In this document: positions 27,576 through 35,703 of the stretch, piece by piece
How the letters are laid out: every line of letters begins with the position of its first letter
Position numbering within the stretch: position 1 is the first letter of the stretch
Source: Bacteroidales bacterium
GTDB taxonomy: Bacteria; Bacteroidota; Bacteroidia; Bacteroidales; ML635J-15
NCBI GenBank assembly: GCA_003249955.1
Contig: QKHS01000006.1
Span: forward strand, 78,917 to 142,916
Direction of reading: 5' to 3'
Length of the DNA stretch: 64,000 nt
Position numbers and translations under genes: made by a program
Notes under the pieces: generated by a model
Told to the model about the DNA's origin: nothing
Seen by the model: the letters and a program-made list of their open reading frames with translations, nothing else
The model's database searches: none

Positions 27576-28793
27576 ATGAAAACTTCTGAAAAGTATTTTT
27601 ATGATGCCCACTGTCACTTCATGGACTTGTCTCAGCCTGATTTCTTTGTCTTTGTAAATGAGCTAAAAAACAAATTTGGTGACGAGGCTGTAAAATTCTT
27701 ACTTTCACCTGATTCCATAATTGATATCCGCAATAAGAAAGCTATTGAAAATGTGGCAAATTTGCTAAATGTAATGTCTCATACTCAGGCTGAAATAATA
27801 CAATTAATAGAATTTGATCTGGAAGGGCGGTTTTTAACCACTGGTAAGCAAACTCCGGTTATGCAGGACGGAATTTTCAAAATAAGAGATTTCAGCTTTG
27901 ACAAATTTTGTTTGGTTCCGCTGGTAATGGATTTTAACGTAACATTTAAAAATTTCCAAAACCTTTATTACAACACGCACAAAACAAAAACTGTGGATTT
28001 CTACGCCGAAAATATGATTTCAAATGTTCGGGAATTTTACAAAACAAACCCTGACACAAAACTGGAAATTTATCCGTTTCTCGGAATAAATCCTCAAGCG
28101 TACAGTTACGAACAAATAAATGAATATCTGGAAAAATATTTCAGAAACTATTCGCCGGAAAAACGCGAAACAAAACACGCCTCTCCTGAATCTTTATTCG
28201 CAGGGTTAAAACTTTATCCTCCGCTGGGATTTGACCCGTGGCCTGATGACGGGCAGGAAAGAGAGAAAGTTGAACTGTTGTATAAATTTGCCGAAGAAAT
28301 GAAAATACCTGTTACCACGCATTGTGATGACGGCGGATACCGGATAGTAGCACCGGAATTGTCATGGAAATATTCTTCTCCGGAGAGATACTTTGAAGTG
28401 TTAAAAAAATACCCTGCATTAAAACTTAATTTTGCACATCTGGGTCAGCAATACTACAGAAGTTACGGAGTGCTTAAACAGCACAAATGGCGTAGCATAA
28501 TATACAGACTTATGCTTGAGTTTCCCAATGTTTATTCAGACATATCATACAGTGCAATAAATAAAAATTATTACAAAATTTTAAGAGCCGAAACAGAAAG
28601 CTTTTCAAAAGAAAATCAGGAAATTATAATAAGTAAAATTTTGTTCGGATCTGATTTCAATATTAACCTTAACAAAATAAAATCCTATACCGAATATTTG
28701 AAGATTTTTGAAAACTCAGCATTAACAGACGAAAATCTGTATAAAATATGCAACAGTAATCCCGAAAGGTTTCTGTTTGAACCCGGCAATTAA
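27576..28793 (+). CDS. Amidohydrolase-fold (metal-dependent TIM-barrel hydrolase) family protein
   Basis: N-terminal YDAHCHF (HxH), GLKLYPPLGF, VTTHCDDGG, NFAHLG and FGSDF are spaced as in amidohydrolase-2-like proteins. The assignment is motif-level only. Confidence 0.5.
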   Translation: MKTSEKYFYDAHCHFMDLSQPDFFVFVNELKNKFGDEAVKFLLSPDSIIDIRNKKAIENVANLLNVMSHTQAEIIQLIEFDLEGRFLTTGKQTPVMQDGIFKIRDFSFDKFCLVPLVMDFNVTFKNFQNLYYNTHKTKTVDFYAENMISNVREFYKTNPDTKLEIYPFLGINPQAYSYEQINEYLEKYFRNYSPEKRETKHASPESLFAGLKLYPPLGFDPWPDDGQEREKVELLYKFAEEMKIPVTTHCDDGGYRIVAPELSWKYSSPERYFEVLKKYPALKLNFAHLGQQYYRSYGVLKQHKWRSIIYRLMLEFPNVYSDISYSAINKNYYKILRAETESFSKENQEIIISKILFGSDFNINLNKIKSYTEYLKIFENSALTDENLYKICNSNPERFLFEPGN

Positions 28794-28830
28794 TTACTGC
28801 AAAAACTGATTAACAGCTATTCAGAGATTC

Positions 28831-29814
28831 TCAATCTACAAAGCAGGAAACAAGTTCTTCAGTCTTTATCAGGTATAGCATTCCTGCTGTATTTACAGAA
28901 TTGAGCGCTTCCAGAACAGCATTTTTTTCATATTTACATCCTGTTACGGCATCCTGTATTACAGAGATATCGCCATTGCAGAAAAAATCGCCGAAAATAG
29001 AGCAGGTTTTTATCAGCCCGTTTTCGACATCCAGTTGTACCTCTACTTTTCCGCCTTCGAAGCGATTACTTTTGGTAATATTGAATGCCGGTGAGTTTCC
29101 GTAATTCCATTCCCAGGTAAGGAATTTTTCGTTTTCTATTTTTTCAATTTCCACATAATCCGCCTCACTAAGTTTTATTGCTTCCATATCGGCTCTGAGC
29201 AACGATATCATTGTATCACGAAAATCATGAGAAGACATATCTTTGGTGAGATGTGGCCTTATATTGGTAACTCTTTCACGAACCGATTTTATTCCCTTGG
29301 AAATAATTTTTTCGTCCGTAACGTTTAAAGAACGTACCAGATTTTCGAGATTTGTATCAAATAGTATTGTTCCATGATGTAAAAAGCGGTCTTTCATTCC
29401 GTACTGAGCATTACCCGAAAACTTTTTACCTTCGCAATGCAGGTCATTTCTGCCTGAGAATTCGGCATTAACACCAAGTTTTCTCAAAGCTTCAACCACA
29501 GGTTTTGTAAAATCTCTGAAATCCTTTACCTGACCGGCATTTTTCCATGTTATAAAACTGAACTGCCAACAGTCAGCATCTGTATAAACAGTTCCGCCAC
29601 CACTATTACGACGAATTATATCAATGTTGTTTTCCTTGGCAAACACCGGATTTATTTCCTGAATAGTATTCTGAAATCTGCCTATCATTAAAGTCGGACG
29701 GGTTCTCCAGAATAAAAAATATTCATCCTTAAACTCCGGATTTTTCATTATATACTCTTCAACGGCAAAACTGTGTGAACAGCGACAGTGATTGTCAAAT
29801 TCGATGTATTTCAT
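28831..29814 (-). CDS. lplA: Lipoate--protein ligase
   Basis: Motifs RRNSGGGTVYTD, GKKFSGNAQY and HHGTILFD, with the C-terminal LplA accessory domain. Confidence 0.85.
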   Translation of the reverse strand: MKYIEFDNHCRCSHSFAVEEYIMKNPEFKDEYFLFWRTRPTLMIGRFQNTIQEINPVFAKENNIDIIRRNSGGGTVYTDADCWQFSFITWKNAGQVKDFRDFTKPVVEALRKLGVNAEFSGRNDLHCEGKKFSGNAQYGMKDRFLHHGTILFDTNLENLVRSLNVTDEKIISKGIKSVRERVTNIRPHLTKDMSSHDFRDTMISLLRADMEAIKLSEADYVEIEKIENEKFLTWEWNYGNSPAFNITKSNRFEGGKVEVQLDVENGLIKTCSIFGDFFCNGDISVIQDAVTGCKYEKNAVLEALNSVNTAGMLYLIKTEELVSCFVD

Positions 29815-29824
29815 AGTTATAGTT

Positions 29825-30262
29825 TTTTTATGCCACTAAGGCACTAAGTTTGTTTCTTTTTTTTCGCCACTAATTTTTTGCCATTAAGCGTTGCGCTGGT
29901 CCGACGATTGGCGTAAGAATCGGCACTAATTTACTTTCCTTTTTCTTCGTGTCTTCGTGCTTTGTTGCTTTCGTGGCTACTTAATTTTAATTCTATTTCC
30001 AATTTTTTCTTTTTTGCCACTAAGCATTGTGCTGAGTAAAACCGAAGTAACACTAAGACACTAAAGGTTAATTCCTCTTTTTTGTGCTTTCGTGCTTTCG
30101 TGGCTATTATTTTACTTTTAACTGTTGCCTTCGGCTACGCTCAGTCAACGGATGCTCAGGTGACTGAGCGGCTTGTGCTGATCCTGCCGAAATGAGCCGA
30201 AGGCACTGTAATTTATTATTTGTTTTTTTATTTTCTTTGTGCCTTAGTGGCATTCATTTTTT
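29825..30262. repeat. GC-rich word array (GCCACTAAG / CGTGCTTTCGTGGC words) bounded by a perfect 14-nt inverted repeat and containing an ~80-nt nested hairpin
   Basis: tgccactaaggcac at 29831-29844 pairs with gtgccttagtggca at 30239-30252. Internal words include cttcgtgtcttcgtgctttgttgctttcgtggc and tgtgctttcgtgctttcgtggc. In the hairpin, 30126-30136 pairs with 30195-30205 and 30138-30147 pairs with 30161-30170. Confidence 0.85.
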
Positions 30263-30266
30263 TATT

Positions 30267-31133
30267 TTAACTATTATTTTTTATTTCATTAATCCCGGCC
30301 AACGCGTTGTACGAGCTACGAACATATGGCCCCGATGCTACATATTTAAAACCTTTGCTCAAAGCAACCTGTTTATATTCTTCAAAAACCTCAGGGCTTA
30401 CATACTCCTTTAAACTTGCATGATCGTGTGACGGAGGAAGATATTGTCCGATTGTAAGCATGTCGCAATTTACTTCGCGCAAATCATCAAACAATTTATA
30501 GACTTCTTCTTTGGACTCACCAAGGCCTAGCATAATTCCCGATTTGGTAAAAATTGAAGGGTTTTGTTGTTTTACATATTTCAAAACTCTTAACGATTGC
30601 CTGTAATCAGCCATCGGACGTGCAATATCATACAGAGACGGTACTGTTTCCACATTATGATTTATTATCTCCGGTTTTGCCTCAATTACATTATCAAGAG
30701 CCTTTTCGTCAGCCTGAAAATCAGGAATGAGAACTTCGATGCTTGATTTTGGCAATACGTTCCTGAGTTCGTTTATACATTTGGCAAACTGTTCCGATCC
30801 TCCATCATCCAGATCATCCCGTGTAACAGAAGTTATAACAACATGATTAAGCTTCAGTTTAAGTGCTGCCTCAGCAAGATGCTTCGGTTCTTCAGGATCA
30901 ACACAAGCTGTAGTTCCTGACGGGATAGCACAAAATTTACAATTCCTGGTACACACTTCACCCAGAATCATAAATGTTGCTGTCCGGCTACGAAAACATT
31001 CTCCCATATTCGGACATTTAGCTCCCTCACAAACTGTATGAAGATTTAAACTGCGGAGCATCTCTCCCATCTCCTTCATACTTGCATAGTCCAACTTTTT
31101 GTTAAGCCATTCAGGCTTCCTTAACTTTTCCAA
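30267..31133 (-). CDS. lipA: Lipoyl synthase
   Basis: Auxiliary cluster motif [12 protein letters not shown] and radical-SAM motif CTRNCKFC, at full-length LipA size. Confidence 0.95.
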   Translation of the reverse strand: MEKLRKPEWLNKKLDYASMKEMGEMLRSLNLHTVCEGAKCPNMGECFRSRTATFMILGEVCTRNCKFCAIPSGTTACVDPEEPKHLAEAALKLKLNHVVITSVTRDDLDDGGSEQFAKCINELRNVLPKSSIEVLIPDFQADEKALDNVIEAKPEIINHNVETVPSLYDIARPMADYRQSLRVLKYVKQQNPSIFTKSGIMLGLGESKEEVYKLFDDLREVNCDMLTIGQYLPPSHDHASLKEYVSPEVFEEYKQVALSKGFKYVASGPYVRSSYNALAGINEIKNNS

Positions 31134-31239
31134 TTTCTAAATTTTTGCGCAAATATAAACATTAGTTCACGCATAAAAAAGTTATCCCAATTCTATTTAT
31201 AAAATATCCCAAAGATATTTTGTAAATCAGAATGGTAAA

Positions 31240-31350
31240 TACCGATTGTACAAATAATATAGTTCAATTTGACATCGTCAAAGATTGACTTTGTCGGGCT
31301 TGCCACAAAAAAGTGGCTGCGGTTGGACTATATTATTTGTAGCATCGGTA
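31240..31350. repeat. Long inverted repeat (28-nt arms, 25/28 match) enclosing two small hairpins
   Basis: The left arm is 31240-31267 (taccgattgtacaaataatatagttcaa) and the right arm 31323-31350 (ttggactatattatttgtagcatcggta). The interior contains the imperfect hairpin tttgacatcgtcaaag and gccacaaaaaagtggc. Confidence 0.75.
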
Positions 31351-31473
31351 TTAAATAAAACAAAACGTAACCGAATAATATAATGGCTTGCAAACTATCG
31401 GGTTCCTGAATTATTCAGCTTGTTTGAATTTATGAACAGATAGCCACAAAAACGATTTATCAAACTCCCGGAA

Positions 31474-32979
31474 TCAGGGGTTATTAATATCCTGATAAGA
31501 TTTTGAATAAATGTCTTTCATTTCACTAAAACTCACCAGTTTATCTGTAAGCTTAAAAAGACTAAGACCATCTGTCATAAGTGATTTAATTGATTCCAGT
31601 CCGTGCTTTTCTATAAAACCGGCAAGATTACCAAAATACAACTGTTGTTCAAAGCTTGTAAAGCTTTCAGGCACATCCTTTATCGTTTTAAGAATAATAA
31701 GCCTGTCCGATTCAAAAATAACATTCTCCAGCAAAGCTTCATCAAGAATATTGTTAACAATTGAAAGGCATTCCTCTTCTGTTTTAAGATTTTGAAAAAA
31801 CTCATCTTCCCTTTCCCTGTTATTTCTTATATAGACACCAATCTGATTTACAAACTGACGGAATGCATTGATATTATATTCTGCATTTACACCCTGATAT
31901 GCGGCAAACTTATATGAGTTATAGAATATCTCCAATTCCTTGAGCTCTATTGATGACATAGTCCACAAAGCAAGCTCTGCCGGGTTTTCGACAAACGAAA
32001 GGTTTATAGTTGCATTCATGGAATTGCAGTAATCTATCACGCGGGGAACCTCTTTACAATTCATTTTCATCGGGGTAAGACTAAGTGATAATCCTTTGCC
32101 GCCAAGTAAAACATTATACTCGTCTATATTCTTTTTCACTTTATCAAAATCAGCACCTTGTCTGATTGATTCAAATAGTTTTTTGTCCAATGCATCAAAA
32201 GAAACAGTAATAGTGAAATTAAGTTTTTTAAGATAATTTCTTACTTTATCTGACAAAACAGTTCCGTTTGTAACGACATGCAACTTTGCTTTCGAGTTTA
32301 TCGACAATAGCTTATCCCAGATTTTATAATATGTTTCAATTAAAAACGGTTCTCCGCCATAAAACTTTATTTCTTTTGCATGTGGAAGGAATTCCGACAA
32401 TTGCCTTACAAATTCATCATCGTAATGACTTTCAAGCGGAGGCAGTTTCTCTCTCCACTTACGTATGCTTGATGAAACTATACCGGAACACATAACACAT
32501 TGCAGATTACAGGTATTTGACAGTTCCAGTTCTATAATCTTAGGATAAGTGACTTTTGTGGAAGAATAATAATCTGCATGCATTGAAGGCAGCCCGTAAA
32601 ATCTTGAAGTATTAAACTGATGTTCACAATACTGACACCCCATCGATAAATCATTATGCAGCAAGTGTTCTCTTAATTTATTGGCAACATCACCAAACCA
32701 TATTTCTTTAATCGGATTTTCGGGATAAGTTCCAAGAACAGTATTCTGATTACGGCAACAAACCACACCCTGACCACGACTGTTAAAATACAGATTTACA
32801 AACGGATTATAGCATGCCAGCTTCTTTGGACCGTGATATCTGACTTTATTAAACTCATCCATTTTATTTTTATCAACGGATTTATAACCATCCTTACTTA
32901 CCGGATAGCTTATAAACGGCCTCCTTAAACGGGACAGTTTCTGATAAAAATATTTCAGAGAATCTGTAAATCGGGTCAT
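31474..32979 (-). CDS. Radical SAM protein with N-terminal Cys-rich (SPASM/twitch-like) region and ~150-aa C-terminal extension
   Basis: The radical-SAM motif is LSNTCNLQCVMCSG. Upstream of it lies CYNPF...GVVCCRNQ...IWFG...MGCQYCEHQ. No closer family was recognised. Confidence 0.75.
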   Translation of the reverse strand: MTRFTDSLKYFYQKLSRLRRPFISYPVSKDGYKSVDKNKMDEFNKVRYHGPKKLACYNPFVNLYFNSRGQGVVCCRNQNTVLGTYPENPIKEIWFGDVANKLREHLLHNDLSMGCQYCEHQFNTSRFYGLPSMHADYYSSTKVTYPKIIELELSNTCNLQCVMCSGIVSSSIRKWREKLPPLESHYDDEFVRQLSEFLPHAKEIKFYGGEPFLIETYYKIWDKLLSINSKAKLHVVTNGTVLSDKVRNYLKKLNFTITVSFDALDKKLFESIRQGADFDKVKKNIDEYNVLLGGKGLSLSLTPMKMNCKEVPRVIDYCNSMNATINLSFVENPAELALWTMSSIELKELEIFYNSYKFAAYQGVNAEYNINAFRQFVNQIGVYIRNNREREDEFFQNLKTEEECLSIVNNILDEALLENVIFESDRLIILKTIKDVPESFTSFEQQLYFGNLAGFIEKHGLESIKSLMTDGLSLFKLTDKLVSFSEMKDIYSKSYQDINNP

Positions 32980-33040
32980 TGCTACACTTCAATCTTGCTA
33001 CAAAGATATAAATTATAGTTCTACACTTTGCTATTTAATC

Positions 33041-33886
33041 TTAATTATTCCCGTGGAATTTCTTTTCAGATTTTTTTACAATTGAAAGCATCATTTTATC
33101 AAAAAAACTGCTGCTCACATGTGCTTTTACTTTAGGCAAAAGTTTGGAATCCATTGTTGTTTTGTAAACGGCCCTGGGATTCTTAAGAGTTATAGCTTTG
33201 AACATGCATTTTGCAGTACTTTCAGGTCCCGGACAACCGGTGTATGAATCAACCATATATTGATCAAAACCGTCAACCAAAGGCTTATAATCAGACGGAT
33301 GGTTAACTTTTCTCAGTGTATCCACAGCAATTGAATCAAATCCTGTTTTAACAACCCCTGGTTCTATAAGCACAACCTGAATCCCGAGATTTTTTACTTC
33401 CTGGCGTAAAGCCACAGCCATAGCTTTCACTGCATGTTTTGTAGATGCATACCAGCCAAGTCCCAACATCGAAATATGACTTACTATTGAAGTTGTAAAA
33501 ACTATACGTCCAGATTTTTGCTTCCTCATTTGCGGTAAAACAGCTTTTAAAACCCGTGCATTACCAAAAACATTAACTTCGTACTGATACTTTATTTCTT
33601 CCATGGGCACACTTTCAAGCATTCCGTACGAGCCATAACCGGCATTAGCCAAAAGTGCATCTATCCTGCCCTGCTCTTCAATAATTTTAGCTACCCCGGC
33701 ATTAACTTCTTCATCCGAAACAATATCCATTTTGAGTAAAAGCGCCCCTTTTTCAGCAAGATCATTCATTTTTTCTATCTTTCGGGAAGCTGCATAAACA
33801 ACCCATTCATTTGTTGCAAGCAACTTTTCCGCTGTTAACTTCCCAAAACCTGATGATGCTCCTGTAATCAATACTACTTTTTTCAT
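33041..33886 (-). CDS. SDR-family oxidoreductase
   Basis: Cofactor motif VVLITGASSGFG, NAG, and a YASTK catalytic Tyr-x-x-x-Lys. Confidence 0.9.
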   Translation of the reverse strand: MKKVVLITGASSGFGKLTAEKLLATNEWVVYAASRKIEKMNDLAEKGALLLKMDIVSDEEVNAGVAKIIEEQGRIDALLANAGYGSYGMLESVPMEEIKYQYEVNVFGNARVLKAVLPQMRKQKSGRIVFTTSIVSHISMLGLGWYASTKHAVKAMAVALRQEVKNLGIQVVLIEPGVVKTGFDSIAVDTLRKVNHPSDYKPLVDGFDQYMVDSYTGCPGPESTAKCMFKAITLKNPRAVYKTTMDSKLLPKVKAHVSSSFFDKMMLSIVKKSEKKFHGNN

Positions 33887-34005
33887 GTCCTTATTTTTTC
33901 CTTACAAAGTTAAGATAAAAACGGTTTGAATAAACTAAAAACATGACATAAATCTATCCCGTTGTAACAAGCAAATCCACCGGTAAAATAAAAATTATAA
34001 GAGCA

Positions 34006-34042
34006 TAAAAATGCCGTTACACTTTATGTCTGTAACGGCATC
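34006..34042 (-). terminator. Rho-independent terminator
   Basis: Stem atgccgttaca (34012-34022) pairs with tgtaacggcat (34032-34042). A T-run follows on the minus strand, about 20 nt after the stop of 34062..34928. Confidence 0.65.
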
Positions 34043-34061
34043 TCTATTTATAAAAACAAGA

Positions 34062-34928
34062 TTATTCTGCTATTCTGAACTTCAGAGGCAACTCACCATA
34101 TTGTATTAAAGCTGCCAGATCTTTTGCTTCATCTTTAGTAAAATTACCGCTTATGACACATTTCCCCCCATCTATTTTGCTCATTATCTTTGGTGAGCTA
34201 TAAGCTTCGCCATCCAGAACTATTGTAAGATTTTTATTAATATTTTCAGCAGTCATCTTACTGAATATTTTCGCTCCTTCATCAGAAAGTTCAATCATTA
34301 CTTCAGAGTTATTTGTCCTTTTATCAAGCTGGCTATATGATTTAACAATATTTGCACCGCCTAAAAAACCGGACTTCTCCAATAAAAACAATTCCCATAA
34401 ACCATCTTCGTTTTTTGTTTTACTCCATGCTGAAACTAACGAACCATACTCAGAATCTGTAAGAATATAAGTTTGAATTACATTTTCAACAGCTTTCTTA
34501 CTTTCATCACTAACTAAAAGAACCGTTGACTCATAATTATCAGAAGTTTTAATTTTACCATTGTAAATCTCCGACAATTTTGCATTCTTTAAAAGCTTAT
34601 CTATACCTGCACTGTTTTCGTACGGCAAATAAAAACCGAAACTTGCCTGTGAAGAAATCAAACTCCCGGCTATACTATAATCTGCTTCGGTTCTGAAATT
34701 AATGCTTATTGTGTTGTCATCCTTTAACCTTAACTTATAGTTTACCCCACTTGTATTCAACCTGTTTTTTAAAATAATAACCGATTTGACGATATCCTCT
34801 TTTTTAGCATTTTCGCTAACACATTCGAGAATTACTTCCTTTTTGTATCTTTTAAATTTTACCGGAATTGCAGATAACAGAATACTGCTTAAAATTACCA
34901 CTAACAATATATATTTAATTGATTTCAT
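34062..34928 (-). CDS. Standalone SecD/SecF periplasmic (P1 head)-like domain protein with N-terminal anchor
   Basis: The C-terminus LTIVLDGEAYSSPKIMSKIDGGKCVISGNFTKDEAKDLAALIQYGELPLKF matches the SecD pattern VLDGxVxSAPxIxxxIxGGxxxIxGxFTxxEAxxLAxxLxxGxLP. The N-terminal part (VIILKNRLNTSGV...) resembles the SecD RxNxxGV segment. There is no 6/12-TM transporter core. Confidence 0.55.
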   Translation of the reverse strand: MKSIKYILLVVILSSILLSAIPVKFKRYKKEVILECVSENAKKEDIVKSVIILKNRLNTSGVNYKLRLKDDNTISINFRTEADYSIAGSLISSQASFGFYLPYENSAGIDKLLKNAKLSEIYNGKIKTSDNYESTVLLVSDESKKAVENVIQTYILTDSEYGSLVSAWSKTKNEDGLWELFLLEKSGFLGGANIVKSYSQLDKRTNNSEVMIELSDEGAKIFSKMTAENINKNLTIVLDGEAYSSPKIMSKIDGGKCVISGNFTKDEAKDLAALIQYGELPLKFRIAE

Positions 34929-35001
34929 AATTTTTATTTAATTTTAATTAATAACTTTTGCCCCGTCTGCGGAGCTTAATAATAAATATTTACGGATTTA
35001 A

Positions 35002-35406
35002 TCAGGAGAATGAAGGATAGTCCTGCCTGTTATTAAAAAAACAATAATATGACAAATCTTCCACGAATAATCGTCTCAGTTCCAGATAGTTATTTGAAAG
35101 CAATCTGAATTTTACAGCTACAATTTTATGGTATATACATTCATGGTTTAAAACATCAGAAATATAATTTCTGTTACACCGGATTATGCCAGTCCAATAT
35201 TTGTTGTAATCAGGAAAGACATTATTATCAACCTGGACAGGAGAAGTCTTTACAACAGCACTTTGAAAATAATCTGATTTGCCTGAAGTCAGATTATCCC
35301 TATCATTGCTCCTGTAACTGCTAAATGAGAAGAATAACCCAAAACATAAAATAATCAGACATAAGTTGATTATTCCGGTTGCACTATTTTGATTGCTGTT
35401 ATTCAT
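35002..35406 (-). CDS. Hypothetical small membrane-anchored protein
   Basis: An ORF with one hydrophobic helix (GIINLCLIILCFGLFFSF). No motifs recognised. Confidence 0.3.
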   Translation of the reverse strand: MNNSNQNSATGIINLCLIILCFGLFFSFSSYRSNDRDNLTSGKSDYFQSAVVKTSPVQVDNNVFPDYNKYWTGIIRCNRNYISDVLNHECIYHKIVAVKFRLLSNNYLELRRLFVEDLSYYCFFNNRQDYPSFS

Positions 35407-35703
35407 TTCAATGCAAATATAACTAAATTAATTTCAACAAAGAATATTTTCTGATTATAGTTTATAAAACTATTATTCTATTCATTAAATTAACAGGCAC
35501 TTTTATAATACACCGGCTTTTTATCCGGGAGTCAATATTTATACGCTGCAGAACTATGAATCAAAACATTCAGCATTATTACATTAAAAGGACATGTAGT
35601 AAAAAAAGAAAAGCAACGTTTTTATTTAATAATTTGTCTATCTTGCAACCAAAAGCAAACATTCCTGATATTAAAAACAACATTCTGATTATCAAGATAT
35701 AAC

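Noticed and set aside
8187-30262. Whether the repeated GC-rich word arrays (8187-8398, 24045-24400, 29825-30262) are CRISPR arrays.
   Set aside because: There is no constant-length direct repeat alternating with unique spacers. The units are palindromic words of variable length and spacing, and no cas genes are in the window.
30192-30413. Tracked 73-aa ORF spanning the end of the word array and the antisense of the lipA 3' end. The 63-aa ORF at 27328..27519 inside the repeat spacer is similar.
   Set aside because: Both are composed of repeat or antisense sequence with no start context or motifs, so they are most likely artefacts.
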